Shown: in pieces, positions 9,152 through 17,454 of the stretch
Layout: every line of letters begins with the position of its first letter
How positions within the stretch are numbered: position 1 is the first letter of the stretch
From: a virus
Lineage: Duplodnaviria > Heunggongvirae > Uroviricota > Caudoviricetes
IMG/VR virus record: IMGVR_UViG_3300006139_000005
Location: 1 to 26,049 of that record
Reading direction: 5' to 3' (one strand)
DNA: 26,049 nucleotides
Position numbers and translations under genes: made by a program
Notes under the pieces: model-generated
The model's database searches: none
Told to the model about the DNA's origin: nothing
Seen by the model: the letters and a program-made list of their open reading frames with translations, nothing else

Positions 9152-10348
9152 TTAGAATACGTTTACTTCGCCATCATCATTTTCCTGTTTTGGACTATCT
9201 GTGATAGCGAAAACGTCAATCTCGTTTGTGGCGTTCGTCTCAGAGATGTGGTTCTCACGAGACACACGCACCATTTCGGTACAGATTTTTCCGACAATCG
9301 TGTTAATCTCTACACTTCCAGGATTGGCATTGAATGCGTCGATCTCTTCCTTGGCGATCGCACGCTGCTCCTCAGTATAAGGAGCCAGGGCAGCATTCAA
9401 CTCGGCAATGGCACTCTCATTTTCCAGAGCGGCAATTTTACTGTTGGCTTCGGCCAGACCAGCCTCAGCAGCTTCTTTGGCAGCATTAGCTTCTGTCAGA
9501 CCAGCCTCAGCAGCTGCCTGAGCCGCATTTGCCTTTTCAAAATCAGCTCTCAGCTGGGCAATCTCAGCTTCCTTGCCCTTGATGTCCGCCTGGAGCTGGG
9601 CGATTTCAGCATCCTTCGCCTCAACCTTTGCCCAATATTCATCCCATTTGGAATTGGACTCAGAAACAGCGCCAGAGACGACCGCCATCAATTCGTTCTT
9701 CAGCTTCTCATCCATTTCGATTTCCTCCTTTTTTTGCTTTTTATTATTTAACTCCATCACGATAGCGGCCTCATCAGCCGGTTTGATACTCAAAATCGCA
9801 TAACCGCTATAATCATAGATTTGCGGCACGCGTCCTTGATCTTTCCAACCGCCGGAGTAAATAATGTGTCCGTCATGCTCGGCCTTTCCCACAATTTCCA
9901 CAGATCCTTTAATTGTAGACTCTTCCATGTGTTCTCTCAGCCAAGCCACAAATTTTGGATAGCGCATTTCGTCCAAAGTACCTTCAGCAACTAATACACG
10001 CTTCGTCACTCCGTCGATTTCCACACTATCTACATATGCCTTATCAAAATGCCCAACCATTGTTGCGTCTTCAAACAACGGAAGATTGTCCCGTGTCCGA
10101 ACCTCAGTCATTCCATGTCCATACGGAATATCCCGATCACCAGTTAAAAATTCAGCAACGATGGACATTCCGATTACTGAATGAAGATTCTCTTCCACAT
10201 ATGGCTCCAACCATGAGATCCCGTTCTCTTGCCATTGACTATCATCGGTAAAAATCTCGTGCAAGATCACTTTGATTGGACGCCTACCTGCAATGTTACA
10301 TTTGCTGGAAACTTCATATCTTGGGGTAAAAACTCTCTCACCGTACAT
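9152..10348 (-). CDS. Prohead protease/scaffold (YonD-like)
   Basis: N-terminal globular domain (PYGHG, GSVEIVG) plus an A/E/K-rich coiled-coil C-terminus; lies between the portal and capsid genes; SD AGGAGGTG. Confidence 0.7.
   Translation of the reverse strand: MYGERVFTPRYEVSSKCNIAGRRPIKVILHEIFTDDSQWQENGISWLEPYVEENLHSVIGMSIVAEFLTGDRDIPYGHGMTEVRTRDNLPLFEDATMVGHFDKAYVDSVEIDGVTKRVLVAEGTLDEMRYPKFVAWLREHMEESTIKGSVEIVGKAEHDGHIIYSGGWKDQGRVPQIYDYSGYAILSIKPADEAAIVMELNNKKQKKEEIEMDEKLKNELMAVVSGAVSESNSKWDEYWAKVEAKDAEIAQLQADIKGKEAEIAQLRADFEKANAAQAAAEAGLTEANAAKEAAEAGLAEANSKIAALENESAIAELNAALAPYTEEQRAIAKEEIDAFNANPGSVEINTIVGKICTEMVRVSRENHISETNATNEIDVFAITDSPKQENDDGEVNVF
9455..9515. repeat. In-frame direct repeat, 19 bp with a 42-bp period
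   Basis: cagaccagcctcagcagct at 9455-9473 and 9497-9515 encodes AAEAGL twice within the coiled coil. Confidence 0.8.
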
Positions 10349-10361
10349 TTTCTTTCACCTC

Positions 10362-12035
10362 CTACGTATCTGAAGGAGACGGACTTGCGTTACCGTTATT
10401 GGCATTTGTTGACTCTGTGGCAGGGTTTACAGAAAGATCTCCTGTACTCTTGTCAACATCACCATCTGGAGCATCTTTGCCCGTAACAGTGAACGAAGTC
10501 TTATGCACTGGATAACGATTTTCAAAATCCTCTTCCAACTCATAATCCATCAAGGAAAGATAATCGTCGGCGTTGATTCCAGTTGAAGCAATCCAAGCAA
10601 GCAAACTACCCTTACCACGCGCATAGAGGTCTGAGAAAAATTTGACCTGTTTTTCTCTATTGACAAACGTAATAGGGAGAACACGAAACTCAATTCGATA
10701 ACTGCCATCCCGAATTACGTTATAGTTCAAACACTTATTCAATTCCTCAACAATCGCCTCAATCCATGTAAACACATTGTTCGCAACAATCTCCATGTTT
10801 AATGTCGCTGTAGCATAGTTGCCAGTAGAACTTCCACTCAAAGCAGCAGAAGATATTCCCAGATCTTCGTTTACATCTTCCTTGATAGCGTTCTCGTTTT
10901 CCTCATCAAGCAAAGAAATATCAACTGGTAAGCTATCCATTTTTGTACCAGCGGCCAAAGAGAAAAATGCAATACCAGCAGAATTGGTGCGTTGAGTCAA
11001 AGCCTGTTTCACAGTATTATGCTGATTTTCCTGCTGTTTCTGAGACAACGCAGATGTCCCCTTGTCCTTACCCTCTGGGAACGTCTCATAGTAAATTTGG
11101 TTGTTTACCTTATCAAGCACACGGCGTTTCGTATTGACAAAATACTTTGCATAATCAATATCATCCAAAGCGGCCACGGCAAAAGGGACGCCATATGGAT
11201 CGTTTTGACCACTTTTAATTTTTGTCACTATGGTTTTTTTCCAGTCCAAACGCAGCCATGTTGCTCCACTTTCAAAAGCACCATTGTGATACTTCACCCA
11301 ACCATCTTGAATTTGGCGTGGAAACCCACTCAATTTGCGTTTGCGTTCATTTTCTGTCATACCATCAAAATACCGTAGGTCAAATGCTACCTCGTAGCAG
11401 TTGTTCCTACGGCCAATAATCCTCACATATTCGATGGGAAGAGAAATGACAACTGTGTTAATACCGGCTGAGTTAATATCGGTAATGCCTTGAATATCCA
11501 AATCAGTCAATGCTATGCGACGGTCAACAGGAACAGTTCTTGTCTCCATGTAGCCAACGTACATACCTTCGTTAGCATTATGAAAAATAGCGTCTCGGAT
11601 TACCTCTTTGTATCGCATAGACCGAAGAACACTATTCATACGATCAGAACTGGTACGATACCCCTTACGCTGCACACCTGATTTCTTTGGCCTTGCAGTT
11701 ACAATATAGTCCAGTGAGTGAAGACTTGTCAGAGTGTCGATTGCTGTTCCAACTGTACCATTGGAGTAATATGCCCAATGTGCCCAACGGCGTAGCTCAG
11801 TAATATATCGCATCGGCTCTTGTGCCATTCTGACTACTTGTTCTGTAGAATATGGCGCTTGCCCCTTGCTGGTTTGCGAAACAATATTCATATATACACC
11901 AAGCTGAGTATTGAACTCATGCAAAACCGCGTCCATCGCTGGTGCAACTGCGTTCTGCTCTGATACCATTTGCTGTGATTCACTTGATTGGGTAATTCGA
12001 TTCCACCATGCACGGATTTTTGATTCACCTACCAT
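10362..12035 (-). CDS. Portal protein (YonE-like)
   Basis: 557 aa, directly after the terminase; portal-like PYGVPF motif; SD AGGAGGTG. Confidence 0.8.
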   Translation of the reverse strand: MVGESKIRAWWNRITQSSESQQMVSEQNAVAPAMDAVLHEFNTQLGVYMNIVSQTSKGQAPYSTEQVVRMAQEPMRYITELRRWAHWAYYSNGTVGTAIDTLTSLHSLDYIVTARPKKSGVQRKGYRTSSDRMNSVLRSMRYKEVIRDAIFHNANEGMYVGYMETRTVPVDRRIALTDLDIQGITDINSAGINTVVISLPIEYVRIIGRRNNCYEVAFDLRYFDGMTENERKRKLSGFPRQIQDGWVKYHNGAFESGATWLRLDWKKTIVTKIKSGQNDPYGVPFAVAALDDIDYAKYFVNTKRRVLDKVNNQIYYETFPEGKDKGTSALSQKQQENQHNTVKQALTQRTNSAGIAFFSLAAGTKMDSLPVDISLLDEENENAIKEDVNEDLGISSAALSGSSTGNYATATLNMEIVANNVFTWIEAIVEELNKCLNYNVIRDGSYRIEFRVLPITFVNREKQVKFFSDLYARGKGSLLAWIASTGINADDYLSLMDYELEEDFENRYPVHKTSFTVTGKDAPDGDVDKSTGDLSVNPATESTNANNGNASPSPSDT

Positions 12036-12049
12036 AAGCCCTCACCTCC

Positions 12050-13852
12050 TTAGTTGAACAATGTTACATATTCATATTCTGAACTATCCGAAAACAGATC
12101 CTGCTCCAAAAGTTCAATAAAATAGTTGCCATAAGAGACAGACGTATATCGGTCTTTACGTGCTCCAGACTTTTCTTCAATCTTAATAAGCCCCGTTTGA
12201 TTTTGCACAGTATACTCCAAACTAATCATCTCATTGATTAGAGCAACAGTCTCCAAAAATGGACGTTCGTAGAAAAGCTGTGTCTCCACATCTGCGGTCG
12301 CATAATCTGGCACAAACCGTTGCAGTTCCTCAACGCCCTCTTGGTTTGGCACCATCAACTCAATCATTTTGCTGTTCAGAGTATTCTTCATGCACACCGC
12401 AATCCTGCTGTTGGTTTCCAACTGTGCTTTGATTGAAAAGACAACCTCTTTTTGCCCAGCAATTACAATACGAGACTTCAAATTGTCATCATTCATACAC
12501 GTCCACGGCTCATATTCAACATTGCGCTCAACATCATAGAGCACCTTCGCCAATGCGTCATAAATAGCAATACCTGCGTTCCGTGTATCCAGAACACAGT
12601 AATCAGCATCGAAGTCTGTGAAAAGCTGTTTAATCCGAATGGCCTGCTTGGTTGTCTCAAACTCTGTCTGAGGCTCCATATACAGCACTTGCCGGCGATA
12701 ACCTTGCTTCACCTCAACATGATCACCATTGACATCAGAAGTTTTGTATTCCATACTCTCAGGAAGTGCGCGGATACAGCAAAAAATTGAGTTATCGTTG
12801 CTATCTCCACCCTCTGTCGCAATATCGCAGGCAACAATACGAATTTCTCCTTGCTGTCTTGGAATTGCAAATGGGTTCTTTGCTCTCGTAAGAACGTCCT
12901 CATTTTTCCTCGGATAAAATGGTCGTTTCAAGCAACGGTTCTTGTTAAGCATTTCATATGTGAAATAAGCATGGGCGTTTTCTGCAATCATTTGGTTTTC
13001 ATACTCGATTGCCCAGGCAACACTGTCGAGCTTATTCCGCTCTTTAATAAGAAACGCTCTCGGCTTGATTGCGTGTTTCAAAGAAATGCTGTAATCCATT
13101 CCGATAATGATAGCAGAATCTTTTTCCAGCATATCCTTAACTATAATCTTCATCAAATCCCACATCCAATGGTTTTTGTACCATGCGGAACTAATGTAGA
13201 CCTCTTTCGGTTCCTCAATCAAAGAGCCATATTCTTCATATTTCAGAATACATGGCACTTGCCGAACATATAGGAACGGAGAAAGAACCGTATCAATGAT
13301 ATTCTTCAAAATCATACGGAACTCTTCGTAAATCATAACAGTAGCACGATGTCCACGGGCGTTATCATTAGCCGGCACAACGATAATAGAACTGCCGTTG
13401 CGGAAAAACACCTCAATTTCGTTTTGATTATCCCTGATACGTTCAATTTCTTCCTGCAACAAAGGAGAACGAGGCAAAATCTCTTTCTGAATTTTTTCAG
13501 AAACAATCAATTTTGCCTGACCTTTTGTTGCTGAAGCCACAACGATTCTTGCACCAGGCCGCAGAATTGCTTCCTTACAAGCGTATATTGCGATGATAAA
13601 GGACTTGGCGGCGCTTCGTGCTGCAACAAGGCAAATACTCGGATAAATGTCCATTAGGAACAAGATAATGTGCTGATAGAGATGGAGCGTGATTCCAAAA
13701 TAATACTGAACAAATCGGCTTGGATTTCTCCTCCAAAATGTTATCCAGTCCATCAGTTTTTGGACTCTCTGTGGATCTCCCAAATAATTGGACGAAGAAA
13801 AATGTTCATGCAAATGACGTTGCCGCTCATCCATTACCTTTTCATACTTCAT
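12050..13852 (-). CDS. Terminase large subunit (YonF-like)
   Basis: Walker A-like AARSAAKS, Walker B RGHRATVMIYEE, coupling motif YISSA, and nuclease aspartates in IVACDIA, VLDTRN and RKDRYTS. Confidence 0.9.
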   Translation of the reverse strand: MKYEKVMDERQRHLHEHFSSSNYLGDPQRVQKLMDWITFWRRNPSRFVQYYFGITLHLYQHIILFLMDIYPSICLVAARSAAKSFIIAIYACKEAILRPGARIVVASATKGQAKLIVSEKIQKEILPRSPLLQEEIERIRDNQNEIEVFFRNGSSIIVVPANDNARGHRATVMIYEEFRMILKNIIDTVLSPFLYVRQVPCILKYEEYGSLIEEPKEVYISSAWYKNHWMWDLMKIIVKDMLEKDSAIIIGMDYSISLKHAIKPRAFLIKERNKLDSVAWAIEYENQMIAENAHAYFTYEMLNKNRCLKRPFYPRKNEDVLTRAKNPFAIPRQQGEIRIVACDIATEGGDSNDNSIFCCIRALPESMEYKTSDVNGDHVEVKQGYRRQVLYMEPQTEFETTKQAIRIKQLFTDFDADYCVLDTRNAGIAIYDALAKVLYDVERNVEYEPWTCMNDDNLKSRIVIAGQKEVVFSIKAQLETNSRIAVCMKNTLNSKMIELMVPNQEGVEELQRFVPDYATADVETQLFYERPFLETVALINEMISLEYTVQNQTGLIKIEEKSGARKDRYTSVSYGNYFIELLEQDLFSDSSEYEYVTLFN

Positions 13853-13854
13853 AC

Positions 13855-14826
13855 TCACTCCTCCGATCCAGAAAGGTTAAACTCCTTATCCATTTCTTTA
13901 GAGCCAGTCAGAAGATTGTTCAAAGGCCGTGTCATAAATCTGGTAATATATTCTCTCAAATGGTCGTAATCGGCATAGAGCTTCTGATCCTTGTAGAAAT
14001 CGGCCGGACAATGCTCTTCAATATCACGAATCATCACGCCCAAAGGACTCAGCTGCATTTCCGATTCCGCCTTTTTCTTTCTATCCTCAATTTCTGTTGT
14101 AGCAGCCTCAATAAACGCTTTATAAGAATTGGCAAGAGCACCAACGCCAGCTGCTCCGTTCCTAACGCTATTTTGCAGATTTAGCTTCAAATAACAAATA
14201 GAAACATAAAGTTCATCTTGCCGTTTATCCACAGGGGCACCACAGCGCTCTACCCAACTGTCATACTCGCCTTGCAATGTATCATAATCACTATCTGAAA
14301 AACCAAGCCCAAATCTGCGAATTACATCAAGATTTACACTGGTATCATCAGTATCAGATGCTTCATTTGGCATCTCGGCCTCCGCTTCAAATCGCCGCAC
14401 AAGTGTGTCTGAATAGGTAGAATCTTCACTACTCTGGCGAATATTTAACTTTGAAAAATATCCGCTCATACGATTTCTATTTGCGCTAATCTTTCGTGCA
14501 GCTGCCCAAGCCGTTTCATTTACGCAAAGATCAATAATTTGACAGACACGTTCCATAGCAGCATCCTCATCCTTATCGAAAAATGCTACATTCTCATCAA
14601 ACATCTCAGCTACACATTTTTTGCAGTACACCACATAGCCATTATTCCCTTTGAACAGTGGAGACTTAGACACATTGAAATTTCCATCCTGTTTCGGATA
14701 CTTATGACCACAACGGGGACAGCGATACACTTCATCGCTCACAACACGCGGCTCTGCTTCACTTGGCTTTGCGTCTTTATTAACTTTTTGTGCGACTGTT
14801 TTTTTCAGTTGTTTCTTTGCCGCCAT
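13855..14826 (-). CDS. Zinc-finger protein, candidate terminase small subunit (YonG-like)
   Basis: CPRC...CKKC motif; directly upstream of the large terminase; SD AAAGGAGG supports ATG at 14826. Confidence 0.65.
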   Translation of the reverse strand: MAAKKQLKKTVAQKVNKDAKPSEAEPRVVSDEVYRCPRCGHKYPKQDGNFNVSKSPLFKGNNGYVVYCKKCVAEMFDENVAFFDKDEDAAMERVCQIIDLCVNETAWAAARKISANRNRMSGYFSKLNIRQSSEDSTYSDTLVRRFEAEAEMPNEASDTDDTSVNLDVIRRFGLGFSDSDYDTLQGEYDSWVERCGAPVDKRQDELYVSICYLKLNLQNSVRNGAAGVGALANSYKAFIEAATTEIEDRKKKAESEMQLSPLGVMIRDIEEHCPADFYKDQKLYADYDHLREYITRFMTRPLNNLLTGSKEMDKEFNLSGSEE

Positions 14827-14849
14827 GCTGCGACCTCCTTTCAAATATG

Positions 14850-14883
14850 ACAAAACCTCAGCGATTCTAAGCCGCTGAGGTTT
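14850..14883 (-). terminator. Intrinsic terminator closing the RNA island
   Basis: AAACCTCAGCG-9 nt loop-CGCTGAGGTTT followed by TG, ~20 nt downstream of the last tRNA. Confidence 0.75.
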
Positions 14884-14902
14884 CAGTCATTATGATATTT
14901 TG

Positions 14903-14978
14903 TGGTGCGCCAGAAGGGACTCGAACCCTCGACCTACCGCTTAAAAGGCGGTTATTCTACCAGCTGAATTACTGGCAC
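14903..14978 (-). tRNA. tRNA-Lys(UUU)
   Basis: Cloverleaf; anticodon arm ACCGC-CTTTTAA-GCGGT; CCA encoded. Confidence 0.95.
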
Positions 14979-14988
14979 ATATGTATAT

Positions 14989-15054
14989 GAGACACTACCT
15001 GGTTTGACAGTCAGGATTTGATTTTGAAGTCAAATAAATTGCTGTACGTGTCTC
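14989..15054 (-). ncRNA. Stem+ACAGCAA element, copy D (skipping-rope-like)
   Basis: GAGACAC-GTACAGCAAT...GTGTCTC; one of four copies. The family name is from recall and unverified. Confidence 0.55.
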
Positions 15055-15056
15055 AA

Positions 15057-15275
15057 GGTACACTTTCTCAGGCTCACAAAGTCCCGTTGCGGTATACAAG
15101 CGCCCCGCCTCCTGATCGGGTTGTCGTGTTGCTCTCCACGATGTCACAGTTACTATCGGTCTGTATTCCGTCCGACTTTCACGGAGGGGAGCGACCCCGC
15201 ATATTGTTGCTTACCCTTCCTCATATGTACTCCGGGCCAGAGCTGCGCGTTCTTTCGGGACTACGAGGATGTTCC
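15057..15275 (-). ncRNA. Unassigned structured RNA, ~220 nt
   Basis: Closing stem AGUCCCG/CGGGACU (15256-15262 with 15080-15086) and several internal hairpins; no credible ORF. Confidence 0.55.
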
Positions 15276-15276
15276 G

Positions 15277-15369
15277 TGGCGGCGGAAGTAGGACTCGAAC
15301 CCACAAGCCATTCATCACGGCCAACAGTTTTCAAGACTGCTCCCCGCACCTACTGGGGTCAATTCCGCC
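15277..15369 (-). tRNA. tRNA-Ser(UGA)
   Basis: GCAGT-CTTGAAA-ACTGT; long variable arm; G73; CCA encoded; atypical D-arm. Confidence 0.9.
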
Positions 15370-15372
15370 ATA

Positions 15373-15461
15373 TGGTAGGGGAGGTGGGAGTTGAACCCAC
15401 TCAGCGCATAAGCGCAACGATTTTACAGACCGCCCCGACTCTCCAACTTCGGCGCTCCCCT
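15373..15461 (-). tRNA. tRNA-Tyr(GUA)
   Basis: GCGGT-CTGTAAA-ATCGT; long variable arm; CCA encoded. Confidence 0.9.
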
Positions 15462-15473
15462 ATACGTATATTG

Positions 15474-15802
15474 TAAAAGTGACTCCGCTCCCAGCCTCAC
15501 CACACACCTTTACGCTGTGCCATATTGCCACCACAACTCAGCCTCATGTGCAAAGCCGTAGTCCTTTCAGCCTTTCTATCGAGGAGCAGGGGGATTAGTG
15601 TTTCCCGTCTTAGTCTACCAAGGATTTCGATGTAACAAGTACACCACACTTGCGGCTACGGCCCAGGCAGATTTCAGCCTACCTTTGGTGCTACAACGGC
15701 ACCTAACCGCTATTTCTTTTACGCCCAGTCACTCCATCATTGAAGGCCACCTTGGATTCCGTGCGCCACTCACACACGTGATATGTTATCTCAATCGGGC
15801 GA
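15474..15802 (-). ncRNA. Unassigned structured RNA, ~330 nt
   Basis: Long-range stems and many hairpins (see findings); GC-rich; no credible ORF. Confidence 0.55.
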
Positions 15803-15803
15803 T

Positions 15804-15879
15804 TGGAGCTGACACAGAGACTTGAACTCTGAACCTATTGCTTACGAGGCAACCGCTCTACCATTGGAGCTATGTCAGC
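15804..15879 (-). tRNA. tRNA-Thr(CGU)
   Basis: GTTGC-CTCGTAA-GCAAT; CCA encoded. Confidence 0.93.
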
Positions 15880-15882
15880 ATT

Positions 15883-15956
15883 TGGCAGGGGCTGAAAGAC
15901 TTGAACTCTCACCAACAGTTTTGGAGACTGTCATGCTACCATTACACCAAACCCCT
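15883..15956 (-). tRNA. tRNA-Trp(CCA)
   Basis: ACAGT-CTCCAAA-ACTGT; A1-U72 pair; G73; CCA encoded. Confidence 0.93.
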
Positions 15957-15959
15957 ATA

Positions 15960-16035
15960 TGGCGACCTCGGCGGGTTTTGATCCCGCTACCTCCAGCGTG
16001 ACAGGCTGGCGCTCTCCCGATTGAGCTACGAGGCC
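15960..16035 (-). tRNA. tRNA-Asp(GUC)
   Basis: CCAGC-CTGTCAC-GCTGG; T-loop is ATCAAAA (A54); CCA encoded. Confidence 0.9.
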
Positions 16036-16038
16036 ATG

Positions 16039-16115
16039 TGGTGATGCCGGAGAGGTTTGAACTCTCAAATTCCGCCTTGAAAGGGCGGTGACTCTACCAA
16101 TTCGTCCACGGCACC
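16039..16115 (-). tRNA. tRNA-Glu(UUC)
   Basis: CCGCC-CTTTCAA-GGCGG; CCA encoded. Confidence 0.93.
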
Positions 16116-16120
16116 ATATT

Positions 16121-16357
16121 CTATTCATTCCACGGAATCAAATCATCAAGGTCAAGTGGAGAATTTGCTGTTGCAATCTTGATAAAACCATTCTCTGTAA
16201 CTTTCCAAAGAGTAAATTTCATCTTTTCTAAATTCTGACTAATCTGATAGTTCAGCCCATTCTTAGTTGTGCAGGACACACCTGGCCCATTTTCAGAAGA
16301 CGGAATCTTCTTTACAATCTTTTCAGATACATCTTTAACCACAGCAGACTTCCGCAC
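16121..16357 (-). CDS. Small hypothetical protein inside the tRNA array
   Basis: SD GAGGTG 9 nt before GTG at 16357; the ORF fills the gap between the two tRNA-Glu genes. Confidence 0.65.
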   Translation of the reverse strand: MRKSAVVKDVSEKIVKKIPSSENGPGVSCTTKNGLNYQISQNLEKMKFTLWKVTENGFIKIATANSPLDLDDLIPWNE

Positions 16358-16379
16358 CGTAAACAGCACCTCTTTTCAT

Positions 16380-16456
16380 TGGTACTCCCAGCGAGGCTCG
16401 AACTCGCATTGCTGGCTTGAGAGGCCAGCTTCCTATGCCAATTAGAAGATGGGAGC
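16380..16456 (-). tRNA. tRNA-Glu(CUC)
   Basis: CTGGC-CTCTCAA-GCCAG; CCA encoded. Confidence 0.93.
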
Positions 16457-16461
16457 ATATT

Positions 16462-16536
16462 TGGCAGGGGTGACTGGACTCGAACCAGTGATGCGGGAGT
16501 CAAAGTCCCGTGCCGTAACCGCTTGGCTACACCCCC
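16462..16536 (-). tRNA. tRNA-Gln(UUG)
   Basis: CGGGA-CTTTGAC-TCCCG; G73; CCA encoded. Confidence 0.93.
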
Positions 16537-16545
16537 ATATTAAGT

Positions 16546-16622
16546 TGGCACGCCAAGTAGGACTCGAACCCACGGCACAGAGATTAGAAATCTCTTGCTC
16601 TATCCAACTGAGCTATTGGCGC
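16546..16622 (-). tRNA. tRNA-Arg(UCU)
   Basis: AGAGA-TTTCTAA-TCTCT; CCA encoded. Confidence 0.93.
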
Positions 16623-16625
16623 ATA

Positions 16626-16700
16626 TGGAGATACCGATAGGATTTGAACCCACGATCCTGGGTTTGCAGCCCAGAGCCTTACCATCTTGGCTACGGTATC
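16626..16700 (-). tRNA. tRNA-Cys(GCA)
   Basis: CTGGG-CTGCAAA-CCCAG; U73; CCA encoded. Confidence 0.93.
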
Positions 16701-16816
16701 ATAACGGGCCTAACAGCGTGTATCGTTGCCTTACACAATCACTGTTCCCGCTCTTTTGACAGAGCGTGTCAGGGTTTCTGGTTTGCCCTCCGCCTACTAT
16801 AAACCCTTGTTCGGCT

Positions 16817-16903
16817 TGGTGCTGGTGGTGGGAGTTGAACCCACACACTGTTGCCAGTAGCGGATTTTGAGTCCACCGCGTCTGCCAATTCCACCACACC
16901 AGC
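16817..16903 (-). tRNA. tRNA-Leu(CAA)
   Basis: GTGGA-CTCAAAA-TCCGC; long variable arm; CCA encoded. Confidence 0.95.
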
Positions 16904-16912
16904 ATAAATTAC

Positions 16913-16976
16913 GGGACACATTTTTGAGCTATCAATTAAAAGTTGATTTCATGTGTGAAGTTGCTGTTAGTGCCCC
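16913..16976 (-). ncRNA. Stem+ACAGCAA element, copy C (skipping-rope-like)
   Basis: GGGGCAC-TAACAGCAA...GTGTCCC. Confidence 0.55.
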
Positions 16977-16979
16977 TTG

Positions 16980-17055
16980 TGGAGTGGGAAACGGGAATTG
17001 AACCCGCAACATCCGACTTGGAAGGACGGCGCTCTACCAGTTGAGCTATTCCCAC
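16980..17055 (-). tRNA. tRNA-Gly(UCC)
   Basis: CCGTC-CTTCCAA-GTCGG; U73; CCA encoded. Confidence 0.93.
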
Positions 17056-17210
17056 AGATAATCAACTCGCAGCGTTGATCATGCTGCCAACTCTCCGCTG
17101 TTGGGGCGCGGCGGTTTCACTTGAAACCTGCTTAAAGTTTTCACGGCCAAATGTGAACATTTCCATTTCCCATTAAGTTTACAGTCTCTTCTCTGTTTGT
17201 GGGACGGGCC

Positions 17211-17286
17211 TGGTTGCGGGGGTGGGACTCGAACCCACGATTTCCAACTTATGAGGATGGCGAGATGACCACTTCTCTACCCCGCA
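17211..17286 (-). tRNA. tRNA-Met(CAU), initiator-like acceptor stem
   Basis: TGCGGGG/CCCCGCA-ACCA; anticodon arm CCATC-CTCATAA-GTTGG. Whether it is fMet, elongator Met or Ile2 is uncertain. Confidence 0.85.
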
Positions 17287-17362
17287 TTATATAGACGGTT
17301 CTAAAAACAGAATCGGTGTAAACACCAACATCTTGGAAACTCCCCGTCATGTTTTGAGCCTC

Positions 17363-17438
17363 TGGCTGGCCCGGAGGGACTTGAACCCCCGACATACGGA
17401 TTAACAGTCCGCCGTTCTACCAACTGGACTACGAGCCA
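17363..17438 (-). tRNA. tRNA-Asn(GUU)
   Basis: GCGGA-CTGTTAA-TCCGT; G73; CCA encoded. Confidence 0.95.
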
Positions 17439-17454
17439 ATATTTTAATTTTTAC

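Noticed and set aside
15277-15369. tRNA with 'UGA' anticodon as a sign of stop-codon recoding or selenocysteine use
   Set aside because: Anticodon UGA reads Ser UCA codons; an opal suppressor or tRNA-Sec needs UCA. There is no CUA suppressor tRNA and all genes read intact in the standard code.
15474-15802. RNase P RNA or group I intron
   Set aside because: The P4 consensus GAGGAAAGUCC and the group I S element are absent, and the flanking tRNAs are intact rather than split.
16704-17210. tRNA-associated HDV-like (theta), hammerhead or pistol ribozymes in the post-CCA spacers
   Set aside because: By eye there is no room for P3/L3 of the HDV fold, no CUGANGA core and no pistol consensus. A descriptor search would be needed to exclude them fully.
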